DNA of 57,571 nucleotides from Pseudomonadota bacterium (GTDB lineage Bacteria > Pseudomonadota > Alphaproteobacteria > Puniceispirillales > Puniceispirillaceae). The position numbers and the translations under genes are program-made. Within the stretch, counting starts at the first letter, position 1. Each line of letters starts with the position of its first letter. The notes beneath the pieces were generated by a model. It did no database searches. It had not been told where the DNA came from and was given only the letters and a program-made list of their open reading frames with translations. Location of the stretch: assembly GCA_036143955.1 (NCBI GenBank), contig JAYYLR010000055.1:1-57571 (forward strand). The letters are read 5' to 3'. Positions 37,036 to 49,310 of the stretch are shown in pieces.

Positions 37036-38232
37036 ATGCCGGTACTCCTGCTGATCGTTGGTATAAACTTCATCGGTGTCGGCGCGCTGATCCCGGTGCT
37101 TCCCTACACCGTGATCGAAACGCTTGGCCTGCCGTCGAGCGTGATGACGATGCTGCTGGCGTCATTTGCGCTGGCGATGTTCATCGCCAACCCGATCCTT
37201 GGCAGGCTTTCCGACCATTATGGCCGGCGCCTTGTTCTGTTTGTCTCGCTTGCCGTAAGCGCCGCGGCGCATCTCTGGTTCGCCCTTTCGAGCGATATCT
37301 GGTCGATGTTCGCGGCCCGCATCATCGCCGGTTTCGCATCCGGAAACACCGGCGTCATTCAGGCCATGATCGCCGACCGGACGTCAGCGGAAAAGCGGGC
37401 CCAGTACATGGGGCTTCTCGGCGCGGCCATCGGCGTCGGTTTTGTCGCGGGCCCGGCGCTTGGAGGCCTTCTCAGCCATGTCGGCAGCGGGCCGGTCCAT
37501 CAGGCGCCCTTTCTTCTTGCCGCTGCCTTTTCGCTGCTTGCGCTGCTGATGACGCTGCGACTGAAGGCACCGCCCGGCGGGCGTCTCACCCCGCAACAGG
37601 CGGAGCACGCGTTGCAGGCCCGCATCATCATGATGATGCGCTCGCCACTTGCGCTCTATGCCGCTGTGGCGCTGATCCTGAACCTGGCCTTTGCGCAGGT
37701 CGAAGCGTCCTTTGTTTTGGTGCTTCGCGACTATCTCGGTTTTGGCGCACGCGAGACCGGCTGGCTGTTCACCTATGTCGGTGTCTGCATCGTGCTGGTT
37801 CAGGCTGTCCTGATCCGCCACATGGTGAAACGGCTTGGCGAGGTCGGAACGATGGGGTTCGGCAGCCTTCTCCTGATCATCGGCCAGGCATTGACCGTAC
37901 TTGCGGTCATCGGTCTGCTGCCCGGCGGCGATTACCCGCTTGTACAGACCGTGATTGCGACAACGGCCATCTGCTTCGGCTTCGCTCTGGCCTCGCCCGC
38001 GCTGAGCAGCGCCGCAAGCAAGATCGCCGGCAGCTCGTCGCGCGGCGGGTCGCTCGGTGTGGTTCAGGGCTTCGCGTCGCTTGGCCAGGTCATCGGGCTT
38101 GTCGCCGCCGGACCGTTCTACGACCTCGGCGGCACACAATATCCTTTTGCCTTCGGGGTGGCGGTGATGATCGGCCTGCTCGCCCTTCTGCCGTGGCTGG
38201 CGCGGCCTGAGGCGTCGGACGACATTTCCTAG
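37036..38232 (+). CDS. TetA-like MFS drug/H+ antiporter
   Basis: GRLSDHYGRR motif A, GPALGG motif C. Confidence 0.85.
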   Translation: MPVLLLIVGINFIGVGALIPVLPYTVIETLGLPSSVMTMLLASFALAMFIANPILGRLSDHYGRRLVLFVSLAVSAAAHLWFALSSDIWSMFAARIIAGFASGNTGVIQAMIADRTSAEKRAQYMGLLGAAIGVGFVAGPALGGLLSHVGSGPVHQAPFLLAAAFSLLALLMTLRLKAPPGGRLTPQQAEHALQARIIMMMRSPLALYAAVALILNLAFAQVEASFVLVLRDYLGFGARETGWLFTYVGVCIVLVQAVLIRHMVKRLGEVGTMGFGSLLLIIGQALTVLAVIGLLPGGDYPLVQTVIATTAICFGFALASPALSSAASKIAGSSSRGGSLGVVQGFASLGQVIGLVAAGPFYDLGGTQYPFAFGVAVMIGLLALLPWLARPEASDDIS

Positions 38233-38255
38233 CCGGCCGTTCCGCGCTGGTAACC

Positions 38256-39695
38256 TTAGGCCGCTTCGGTGCCGCCGACCGTGATCCCACCCATCTTGAC
38301 CGTCGGCTGGCCGACGCCGACCGGAACGCTTTGTCCAGCCTTGCCGCAGGTGCCGACCCCGTCATCAAGGGCCATGTCGTTGCCGACCATGCTGATTTTG
38401 GACATGGCGTCAGGACCGTTGCCGATGAGGGTGGCACCTTTCACCGGCGCGCCGATCTTTCCGTTCTCGACGAGATAGGCTTCGGACGCAGCAAAGACGA
38501 ACTTGCCGGAGGTGATGTCGACCTGACCGCCGCCGAAATTGACTGCATAAATGCCCTTCTTCATCGAGGACACGATTTCCTCCGGGCTGTGCGGGCCGTT
38601 TTCCATGAAGGTGTTGGTCATGCGAGGCATTGGCGCATGCTCGTGTGATTGCCGACGCCCGTTGCCGGTAGCCTCGACCCCCATCAGGCGGGCGTTCTGG
38701 CGATCCTGCATATAGCCGCGCAGGATGCCGTCCTCGATCAGCACGTTGCGTCGCGACTGTGTTCCCTCATCATCGATGGTGATCGAACCGCGCCGGTCCT
38801 GCATCGTGCCGTCATCGACAACGGTGACGCCTTTTGCCGCGACCTGTTTGCCGACGCGGCCGCTGAAGATTGATGTGCCCTTCCGGTTGAAGTCGCCTTC
38901 AAGCCCGTGACCCACCGCCTCGTGAAGCATGACTCCGGGCCATCCGGCACCAAGTGCGACTTCCATTTCGCCGGCGGGTGCTGCGACCGAGTCCAGATTG
39001 AGTGTGGCGATGCGGAGTGCCTCACGAACCTGTGCCTGCCAGATTTCCGGCGCCATGTAATTGTCGAACATGACGCGGCCGCCGGCGCCGGACGAGCCCG
39101 ACTCCATGCGCCCGTCCCGCGACACCACGACCGAGACATTGAGCCGTACGAGTGGCCTGATATCGGCCGCCCGGTGCCCGTCCGCGCGGATGATCTGTAC
39201 GGCCTGCCAGGACCCGGCCAGCGACGCGCTGACCTGAACGACCCTCGGGTCGGCGGCGCGCGCAAAGGCGTCGATTTCCTGGAGCAGGGCCACCTTGTCC
39301 TCGAAGGGGGTGCCGGTGAGGGGATTGCCGTCGCTGTAAAGCGGCCGGTTGCTCGCTGAAACAGGGGGCTGCGCGGCCGTCCCGGAATATCCGCGCGTGA
39401 CAGCGGTGACACTCTCGGCGGCGCGCTGCAGGGCTGCCTCGCTTATGTCGCCGGCATGCGCGTAGCCATGCGCTTCATCGGCAATCGCCCGCAGCCCGAA
39501 GCCGCTTGTCTGGTCATAGCTGGCACTTTTCAACCGCCCGTCGTCAAACATCAGCATTTCGGAATGTCGCATTTCGAGGAAAAGCTCGCCATCGTCAGCG
39601 TCGACAAGCGCATCGCGGACAATGGCCTCGGCGCGGTCTCGGTCGAGCGCCGCGTTCTCGAAGAAAATCGAATCGGTGGTCTGAAGGTGGTCCAT
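38256..39695 (-). CDS. tldD: Metalloprotease TldD
   Basis: HEAVGHGLEGDFNRK, PRMTNT, CGKAGQSVPVG.GQP. Confidence 0.96.
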   Translation of the reverse strand: MDHLQTTDSIFFENAALDRDRAEAIVRDALVDADDGELFLEMRHSEMLMFDDGRLKSASYDQTSGFGLRAIADEAHGYAHAGDISEAALQRAAESVTAVTRGYSGTAAQPPVSASNRPLYSDGNPLTGTPFEDKVALLQEIDAFARAADPRVVQVSASLAGSWQAVQIIRADGHRAADIRPLVRLNVSVVVSRDGRMESGSSGAGGRVMFDNYMAPEIWQAQVREALRIATLNLDSVAAPAGEMEVALGAGWPGVMLHEAVGHGLEGDFNRKGTSIFSGRVGKQVAAKGVTVVDDGTMQDRRGSITIDDEGTQSRRNVLIEDGILRGYMQDRQNARLMGVEATGNGRRQSHEHAPMPRMTNTFMENGPHSPEEIVSSMKKGIYAVNFGGGQVDITSGKFVFAASEAYLVENGKIGAPVKGATLIGNGPDAMSKISMVGNDMALDDGVGTCGKAGQSVPVGVGQPTVKMGGITVGGTEAA

Positions 39696-39891
39696 GGAAA
39701 CTCCTCATGCCGGCGATGCCGTCTACAGCGTTATCGACAGTGGCTGAAAGCTCAGGGGTCACAATCCCTGACCATTCCCAGAATGGGGCTGCGGCGGGTC
39801 GATTTCAAGCATCAACTCGGTACTTTGCCGGTCGCTGAAATCCAGTTCCGGTATCAAAAAAGGTCGGCTTCTGAAAAATTTTGAATTTATA

Positions 39892-39906
39892 GCGACAGGC
39901 TGCCGC
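39892..39906 (+). promoter_or_regulatory. RegA/PrrA/RegR-type binding site upstream of the cox operon
   Basis: GCGAC-N5-GCCGC (reverse complement GCGGC-N5-GTCGC), just upstream of TTTCAA(39914)-N17-TAATAA(39937). Confidence 0.6.
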
Positions 39907-40026
39907 ACAGGGCTTTCAAATTTCGGAGAATCGGTCTAATAACGGCTGGACTCGGAGCGGACAGATCGGCGTCTGTCGATTGTGCCTTCCCGCCTCGATC
40001 AAGCGCTTTTTCAGGGGGAATTTTCC

Positions 40027-42538
<2,512 letters not shown>

Positions 42539-42578
42539 GCGCGAACGGATCTGACGAAACCTTTCTTGGCTGGACTTG

Positions 42579-43511
42579 ATGACGATTTCATCCAACCAGA
42601 ACGCAGATGCGACGACCGGCGGGTTCTACGGCCCGTCGGTCGCCGACTTTTGGCAGCTCCTGAAGCCGCGGGTGATGAGCCTTGTGATCTTCACGGGGTT
42701 CGCCGGCATGTATCTGGCCCCCGGGCAGATGCATCCGCTGCTGTTCGCGATCTCGCTTTTTGCGATCGCCGCCGGCGCCGGCGCATCCGGCGCCATCAAC
42801 CAGTGGTACGACCGTGACATCGATGCGGTGATGGAACGCACGCGCAGCCGACCGGTGCCATCCGGTGCCGTCGAACCTGCCGAGGCACTGAGCTTCGGTC
42901 TGGTGATTTCTGCATTGTCGGTGCTTCTTATGGGGCTTGCCGCGAACTGGCTGGCGGCAGCGCTTCTTGCCTTCACCATTTTCTTCTACGGTGTGGTCTA
43001 CACCGTGTGGCTCAAGCGCAGCACGCCGCAGAACATCGTCATTGGCGGCGCCGCCGGTGCATTGCCGCCTGTTGTCGGGTGGGCCGCCGTCGCAGGCGGG
43101 CTGTCGATCGAGCCGCTGATCCTCTTTGCCGTGATCTTCATGTGGACGCCGCCGCATTTCTGGGCGCTTGCGCTGTTCCGTAATGACGATTATCGCCGTG
43201 CCGGCGTGCCGATGATGCCGGTTGTCGCCGGTGAGGCGGAAACCCGCCGTCAGATCCTGATCTACGCGGTTATTCTGGCGCCGCTGGCGGTCAGCCCGGC
43301 GATGATCGGCATGGCGTCTCTTGGCTACGGTATTCTTGCCGGCGCGCTGGGAATCAATTTCGTGCGTCTGTCCTGGGTGCTCTACCGTCATCCTGACGAA
43401 GCCGCCTCGAAGCGGCTGTTCGCCTTTTCGATCCTGTATCTGTTCCTTCTCTTCCTTGCGCTTGTTGTCGACCATCTTGTTCTGGCAAGCGGCCTTCTCG
43501 GAGGGTTCTGA
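42579..43511 (+). CDS. ctaB: Protoheme IX farnesyltransferase
   Basis: [37 protein letters not shown]. Confidence 0.95.
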   Translation: MTISSNQNADATTGGFYGPSVADFWQLLKPRVMSLVIFTGFAGMYLAPGQMHPLLFAISLFAIAAGAGASGAINQWYDRDIDAVMERTRSRPVPSGAVEPAEALSFGLVISALSVLLMGLAANWLAAALLAFTIFFYGVVYTVWLKRSTPQNIVIGGAAGALPPVVGWAAVAGGLSIEPLILFAVIFMWTPPHFWALALFRNDDYRRAGVPMMPVVAGEAETRRQILIYAVILAPLAVSPAMIGMASLGYGILAGALGINFVRLSWVLYRHPDEAASKRLFAFSILYLFLLFLALVVDHLVLASGLLGGF

Positions 43512-43657
43512 TGGCCGAGCGTCAGGAACCGAAAACGGGTGATGAAATGGTGCAGATGCGGCGCAGCCGCAATCGCGCCCTGCTGGCGGCCATCGCCGGT
43601 CTTGCCGTTCTGTTCTTTGTGCTGACGATCGTACGGATGGGGGGCGCCACCGGATGA
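43511..43657 (+). CDS. 48-aa single-TM protein (CoxF-like), not in the ORF track
   Basis: [48 protein letters not shown]; TGATG and ATGA coupling at both ends. Confidence 0.8.
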   Translation: MAERQEPKTGDEMVQMRRSRNRALLAAIAGLAVLFFVLTIVRMGGATG

Positions 43658-44235
43658 GCATGCCAGCCGCCAGCCCCGCCGTTCCGCCACAGGGAAGCAA
43701 TCGCCGGATCCTCGCGATCCTGGCGGTAGTCGTATCGTTGATGGTGGGTCTGGCCTACGCATCGGTGCCGCTGTACCAGCTTTTCTGCCAGGTAACAGGC
43801 TATGGCGGGACCACGCAGGTGACAGATACCACGGCGGACGCCGTTGTCCCGAACCATCCGATCAAGGTTCGCTTCGACGCCAATACCAACCCGGCGCTGA
43901 ACTGGCGGTTCGAGGCCGTTGACGCACCGCTGACGCTGAATCCCGGCGAAGAGGTGGTGATCAATTACCGGGCGACCAACCTTGGCGACACGGCTTCCAC
44001 CGGGACATCGACCTATAATGTGACGCCGGTCAAGGCGGGACCCCATTTCATGAAGATCGACTGTTTCTGCTTCATCGAGCAGACGCTTCAGCCGGGCGAG
44101 TCGGTTCTGATGCCCGTGCGATTCTATATCGATCCGGAAATCGTCGCGGACAGCAATACAGTTGATGTGGACGAAATCATTTTGTCCTATACCTTCTTTG
44201 CGGTGCAGGGCACTGCAACGACCGGAGACACTTGA
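43654..44235 (+). CDS. ctaG: Cytochrome c oxidase assembly protein CtaG/Cox11
   Basis: YASVPLY..FC..TGYGG, CFCF. Confidence 0.95.
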   Translation: MSMPAASPAVPPQGSNRRILAILAVVVSLMVGLAYASVPLYQLFCQVTGYGGTTQVTDTTADAVVPNHPIKVRFDANTNPALNWRFEAVDAPLTLNPGEEVVINYRATNLGDTASTGTSTYNVTPVKAGPHFMKIDCFCFIEQTLQPGESVLMPVRFYIDPEIVADSNTVDVDEIILSYTFFAVQGTATTGDT

Positions 44236-44286
44236 TCAGGGAGAGGCGGTTCCGTTCGCGCGGAACCGGATTGAGAGGAGACAGTC

Positions 44287-45072
44287 ATGAGTGGTGCCAA
44301 CAAACACCCCTATCATCTTGTTGAGGCCAGCCCCTGGCCTGCCGTCGGTGCCGCCGCGGCCTTTACGGCCGCCGTTGGCGGCGTCATGTACATGCACGAG
44401 GTCGCGCACGGCGTGACCGTTCTTGCCATCGGCATGGCGCTGGTTCTGGCGACAATGTTCATGTGGTGGCGCGACATCATCCGCGAGGCGGAATATCAGG
44501 GCCACCACACCCCGATCGTCCAGATCGGCATGCGGTACGGCATGATGCTGTTCATCGCCTCGGAGGTGATGTTCTTTGTCGCCTTCTTCTGGGCCTTCTT
44601 CGACCGCGCGCTGTTCCCGATGGAGGGTGTCTGGCCGCCGGAAGGCATCGAGACCTTCAATCCGTTTGACCTGCCGCTGATCAACACGCTGGTGCTGCTT
44701 CTGTCCGGCTGTACCGTGACCTGGGCGCACCACGCGCTTCAGCACGGCAACCGCCGGGACTTCATGACCGGCCTCGGCATCACGGTCATCCTCGGCCTGC
44801 TGTTCACCGGCCTCCAGGCTCTGGAATACAGCCATGCGCCCTTCGGCTTCACCGACGGCATCTATCCTTCGGTCTTCTATATGGCGACCGGCTTCCATGG
44901 CTTCCATGTGATCGTCGGGACGCTGTTCCTCGCTGTCTGCTGGCTTCGCGGACGGGCCGGCCATTTCACGGTAGAGCAGCATTTCGGTTTCGAGGCGGCT
45001 GCCTGGTACTGGCACTTCGTTGACGTTGTCTGGCTGTTCCTCTTCGCCGCCGTATACTGGTGGGGCGCGTAA
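44287..45072 (+). CDS. coxC: Cytochrome c oxidase subunit III
   Basis: HPYHLV..SPWP, SEVMFF, TGFHGFHV, WYWHFVDVVW. Confidence 0.97.
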   Translation: MSGANKHPYHLVEASPWPAVGAAAAFTAAVGGVMYMHEVAHGVTVLAIGMALVLATMFMWWRDIIREAEYQGHHTPIVQIGMRYGMMLFIASEVMFFVAFFWAFFDRALFPMEGVWPPEGIETFNPFDLPLINTLVLLLSGCTVTWAHHALQHGNRRDFMTGLGITVILGLLFTGLQALEYSHAPFGFTDGIYPSVFYMATGFHGFHVIVGTLFLAVCWLRGRAGHFTVEQHFGFEAAAWYWHFVDVVWLFLFAAVYWWGA

Positions 45073-45184
45073 CCGGCCCGGCGTCGTTTCGCTGACGCCA
45101 GTCAAATAAATGGGGGAGGGGGCGCGTTTTGCGGGCCCTCTCTTTTTGTTGGCGGCTCGATAAATGGGCGCGCTCTAGATGGGA

Positions 45185-45928
45185 ATGAAGATGAAATTTC
45201 GTCCGCTTTTCTGGCCAACCGTCTTTTCGCTGCCGGCGCTCCTTGTCCTGATCGGGCTCGGCACCTGGCAGGTACATCGGCTGGAGTGGAAAAACCAGCT
45301 GATCGACAATTTCGAATCCCGCGCTGCCGCAACGCCGATTGAGCTCCCGCGCGGCGCCATCGCGCCCGACCTTGAGTTTCGGCGCCTCGCGCTGACGGGC
45401 GCGTTCGACCATGGAAGTGAAGTCTTCATGACCGGCCGCACTTTCGAGGGCAATGCCGGCTTTCACATTGTCACGCCCTTCCGCCTTGTCGATGGCCGGA
45501 CGGTGCTTGTGAATCGTGGCTGGGTGTCGGAATCCTACCGCGACCCGGACAAGCGGCCCTTCTCTCTGGTCGAGGGCGAAACGACAATCGAGGCCATCCT
45601 CCGCTTCCCGGGAAAGAAAGGGTATTTCGTTCCCGAGAACGAACCGGAGAACGGTTTCTGGTTTACCCTTGTGCCGGCGCAGATCGTTGCGCATCTCGGA
45701 CTTGAAGGTCGGGCCGAAACGGATGTCTATGCAGCCGCCCTTCGCGGTCCCGGCAAGCTGACCCTGCCGATTGGCGCAAAGACCGAAACCAACCTTCGCA
45801 ATTCCCACCTCGGCTATGCCATAACCTGGTACGGGATCGCCTGCGCGCTTATTGGCGTCTACGCGGCGTTCCATCACCAGCGCGGCAGGCTGAGCTTAGG
45901 GTCCGGCGGGGCTGGCAGGAAAGAGTAG
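45185..45928 (+). CDS. SURF1/Shy1 family protein
   Basis: LGTWQVHRL.WK, VNRGWV, NSHLGYAITWY; start could be 45179, 45185 or 45191. Confidence 0.92.
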   Translation: MKMKFRPLFWPTVFSLPALLVLIGLGTWQVHRLEWKNQLIDNFESRAAATPIELPRGAIAPDLEFRRLALTGAFDHGSEVFMTGRTFEGNAGFHIVTPFRLVDGRTVLVNRGWVSESYRDPDKRPFSLVEGETTIEAILRFPGKKGYFVPENEPENGFWFTLVPAQIVAHLGLEGRAETDVYAAALRGPGKLTLPIGAKTETNLRNSHLGYAITWYGIACALIGVYAAFHHQRGRLSLGSGGAGRKE

Positions 45929-45937
45929 GACTTCAGC

Positions 45938-47344
45938 ATGGATTACGTCAGCACAAGGGGACAGGACGGGCCCCTCGGCTATGAAGAGGCGCTTCTGAGC
46001 GGCCTGGCAAGAGATGGTGGGCTTTACCTGCCGACAGACTACCCTGCCTTCACCGAAGACGAGATCCGTGCCATGGCGGGCCTGCCCTACGCCCGGCTTG
46101 CCGGCCGCATCATGGCGCGGTTCACCGACGGTGAAATAGGCGAGGCCGAACTCGCTGCTATGGCAGGCGATGCCTATGCCGAATTCACCGACAGCGAGGT
46201 CGCCCCGCTTCGCCGCCTGACCGATCAAATTCATGTCATGGAGCTGTTCCACGGGCCGACGATCGCCTTCAAGGACTATGCCATGCAGTTCCTGTCCCGC
46301 GCCTTTGACCGCGCGCTTCAGGCCAAGGGACGGCAGGCGGTGATTTTGGGCGCAACCAGTGGCGACACCGGTTCGGCGGCCTTGGAAGCCTTTCGTGGCC
46401 GCGCCGCCGTAGATATTTTCATCCTGTTCCCGGAAGGTCGCGTGTCGCCGGTCCAGCAACGTCAGATGACATCGGTAATCGCGCCTGGTGCCCACGCGGT
46501 GGCCGTTGCCGGGGATTTCGACGACTGCCAGGCCATCGTGAAGGAGCTCTTCAACGATCACGGCTTTCGCGACGACGTCAACCTGTCGGCGGTCAATTCG
46601 ATCAACTGGGCCCGGCTGATGCCCCAGATCGTCTATTACTTCAAGGCGGCACTGGCGCTCGGCGCCCCGGACAGAAAAATTGCCTTCTCGGTTCCGACCG
46701 GCAATTTCGGGAATGTTTTCGCCGGGTATGTTGCGATGCGGATGGGTCTGCCGATCGAGCGTTTCATCGTAGCCTCGAACCGGAATGACATTCTCACAAG
46801 GTTCTTCGAGCAGGGCGCCATGCAGCGCGAGACGGTGACGCCATCCCTCAGCCCCTCGATGGATATTCAGGTGTCGAGCAATTTCGAGCGCCTTCTCTTT
46901 GAGCTTCTCGACCGTGACGGCAGTGCTGTTGCCGGCATCATGGCCCGCTTTGCCGAGACAGGAAGGTTCGATCTTCCGGAGCGTGCGATGGCCGCGGCGC
47001 GGCAGCATTTTTCGGCCTACCGCCTTGATGACGAAGGAACGATTGCCGAAATCGCGGCGAGCGCCAGCGCCGGGATGGTTCTCGACCCGCACAGCGCCGT
47101 CGGCGTGTCGGCAGCGCGGCGCGCCCTTGACGACGGCACCATTCCGTCCGACGTGCCGGTTGTTGCGCTTGCCTGCGCGCATCCGGCCAAGTTTCAGGAT
47201 GCGGTGACGCGCGCCACCGGCACCGAACCTCCATTGCCGGCGCATCTTGCCGATTTGATGGAACGACCTGAATCCATGCGCCACGCGCCGGCAACGGCGG
47301 CCGCGGTGCGCGAGCTTGTCCTGTCATCACGGAGGGCTGCATGA
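45938..47344 (+). CDS. thrC: Threonine synthase
   Basis: YVSTRG, ELFHGPTIAFKD, ATSGDTG, VPTGNFG. Confidence 0.96.
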   Translation: MDYVSTRGQDGPLGYEEALLSGLARDGGLYLPTDYPAFTEDEIRAMAGLPYARLAGRIMARFTDGEIGEAELAAMAGDAYAEFTDSEVAPLRRLTDQIHVMELFHGPTIAFKDYAMQFLSRAFDRALQAKGRQAVILGATSGDTGSAALEAFRGRAAVDIFILFPEGRVSPVQQRQMTSVIAPGAHAVAVAGDFDDCQAIVKELFNDHGFRDDVNLSAVNSINWARLMPQIVYYFKAALALGAPDRKIAFSVPTGNFGNVFAGYVAMRMGLPIERFIVASNRNDILTRFFEQGAMQRETVTPSLSPSMDIQVSSNFERLLFELLDRDGSAVAGIMARFAETGRFDLPERAMAAARQHFSAYRLDDEGTIAEIAASASAGMVLDPHSAVGVSAARRALDDGTIPSDVPVVALACAHPAKFQDAVTRATGTEPPLPAHLADLMERPESMRHAPATAAAVRELVLSSRRAA

Positions 47345-48615
47345 GACGTGGCCAACTGACAACCCTGCCAAGCGGCCTCAGGGTCGCCAGCCGCACGCTG
47401 CCGCAGGCGCAGAGCCTCTCCGTCGGGATATGGGTGAACGCCGGTGCGCGTGACGAACGCGACGCCGAAACGGGCATAGCGCACATGCTGGAACATATGG
47501 CCTTCAAGGGCACCAACAGGCGCTCGGCACGCGACATCGCGACCGAGGTGGAGAATGTCGGCGGCTACATGAACGCGCATACGAGCCGCGAGGAAACGGC
47601 CTACTACCTGCGGCTGCTTCCCGAATATCTGGATATGGGCATCGACATTCTTTCGGACATCCTGACCGAGCCGACCATGCCCGACGAGGAGATTGAGCGC
47701 GAGCGTGGTGTTATCATCCAGGAAATCGGCCAGTCTCAGGACACGCCGGACGATATCGTCTTCGACATGTTCGCCGAGGCTTCCTACGGCGGCCATACGC
47801 TTGGACGGCCAATCCTAGGCTCGATCGACAGCGTCAGCGGATTTTCACGCGATGACCTTCGCGCCTTCATGGGGCGGTACTACGGGGCCGGCCAGATGCT
47901 GGTCACGGCATCGGGCGCGGTCGACCATGATGATTTCGTATCGCGGGTCGATGCACGCCTTGGCAGGCTCGCAACGGCCGAGGATACAAGCCGCGTAATG
48001 CCGGAATGGCAGGGCGGCCGCCATGTTGCGGTGCGCGAGCTTGAGCAGACGCATCTTGTCATCGGCCTTCCAAGCTTTGGCGCGCGTGACGAGCGCCGCT
48101 TTGCGCTCATGGTGCTTTCGACACTTTTCGGCGGTGGTATGTCGTCCCGGCTTTTTCAGGAAGTGCGCGAGAAACGGGGCCTCTGCTATTCGATCTTTTC
48201 CTTTGCCAGCATGTATTCGGACAGCGGCCATTTCGGCGTCTATGCCGGCACCTCTGTCGCACAGGCAAACGAGATGCTGAGTGTGACGGCGGGACAGCTC
48301 GCGGAGCTTGCCGCATCGGTCGGCACGGATGAGCTCGAGCGCGCCAAGGCGCAGCTTCGCGCATCGCTTGTCATGGCGCGGGAATCCGTTTCGGGATGCG
48401 GCGACGCGCTCGCACGCCAGATCATGCTGTTCGGGGCGCCGGTCGATGATTCGGACCTGCTGGACCAGATCGCGGCGGTCGATGCCGAAAAGGTACGAAG
48501 CGTAGCGGAAGATTTGGTCTCGGGCGGTGCGCCCGCCATCGCCGCCATCGGGCCGGATTCGTCGGTCATGGAAAACCAGGAGCTGGCAGCCTTGCTTTCG
48601 GGCGCTGCGGCCTGA
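47341..48615 (+). CDS. M16B (MPP-like) zinc peptidase
   Basis: HMLEH inverted zincin motif, NAHTSRE, SSRLFQEVREKRGLCY. Confidence 0.93.
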   Translation: MRRGQLTTLPSGLRVASRTLPQAQSLSVGIWVNAGARDERDAETGIAHMLEHMAFKGTNRRSARDIATEVENVGGYMNAHTSREETAYYLRLLPEYLDMGIDILSDILTEPTMPDEEIERERGVIIQEIGQSQDTPDDIVFDMFAEASYGGHTLGRPILGSIDSVSGFSRDDLRAFMGRYYGAGQMLVTASGAVDHDDFVSRVDARLGRLATAEDTSRVMPEWQGGRHVAVRELEQTHLVIGLPSFGARDERRFALMVLSTLFGGGMSSRLFQEVREKRGLCYSIFSFASMYSDSGHFGVYAGTSVAQANEMLSVTAGQLAELAASVGTDELERAKAQLRASLVMARESVSGCGDALARQIMLFGAPVDDSDLLDQIAAVDAEKVRSVAEDLVSGGAPAIAAIGPDSSVMENQELAALLSGAAA

Positions 48616-49239
48616 TCAGGCGCTTCCGGCGTCGCCGGCAAAGAACCCCGGATCGATCCCCAGCGAGGCAAAGCCCTGTTCCCACAGGGTGTCGCGGTCG
48701 TGATCGAATACGAGTTGGGCCGAGGCGGGTAGGCTGAGCCAGACATTTTCCGCCATCTCCCGGTCGAGTTGACCGGCGCTCCAGCCGGCGCAGCCAAGCG
48801 ATACGATCGACTGCGCGGGGCCGACACCTTCGGTGATGTCGCGAAGAATGTCGATGCTGGCCGTCAGGCCGATATCATGGGTCACGGACATGCTCTCGGG
48901 GAGCATGTGGTCCTGTGTGTGGAGCACGAAACCGCGATTGCCGTCCACTGGGCCGCCGATATGGACCGGATCTTCGGCGCAGAACCGCGGTGCACCGATG
49001 TCGAGCTTTTCATAAAGGTCGCCGAGATTGAGTCGCGACGCCGTCCTGTTGATGACAAGCCCCATGGCGGAGTCCTCATCGTGATGGCACATCAGGATCA
49101 CCGTTTTCTCGAAACGTTCGTCGCCGATATGCGGGCTGGCGATCAGCAGATGTCCCTGAAGCGACGAGAGCGACTGCGTCGCATGGCCGCCGTCTGCCGG
49201 TGATTGCGTCGCGTCGTTCGATTTCCTATCTTGCGTCAT
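48616..49239 (-). CDS. YqgE/AlgH family protein
   Basis: AMGLVIN, GGPV, AGW..GQL..E...N.W. Confidence 0.9.
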   Translation of the reverse strand: MTQDRKSNDATQSPADGGHATQSLSSLQGHLLIASPHIGDERFEKTVILMCHHDEDSAMGLVINRTASRLNLGDLYEKLDIGAPRFCAEDPVHIGGPVDGNRGFVLHTQDHMLPESMSVTHDIGLTASIDILRDITEGVGPAQSIVSLGCAGWSAGQLDREMAENVWLSLPASAQLVFDHDRDTLWEQGFASLGIDPGFFAGDAGSA

Positions 49240-49310
49240 GGTCAACCCTAGGCAGGAAAAACCCGTGTGGTAAAGCGTCAATCACGCCGCCGCCGGGTCC
49301 GCAGCGTCGC

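Noticed and set aside
30486-39695. TldD/PmbA plus MFS exporter as a RiPP (microcin-like) cluster
   Set aside because: No precursor peptide or modifying enzymes; the intervening genes are housekeeping and tldD beside coxB is common synteny.
45112-45147. Terminator after coxC
   Set aside because: A U tract is present but the stem has internal G-G mismatches; plausible but not supportable.
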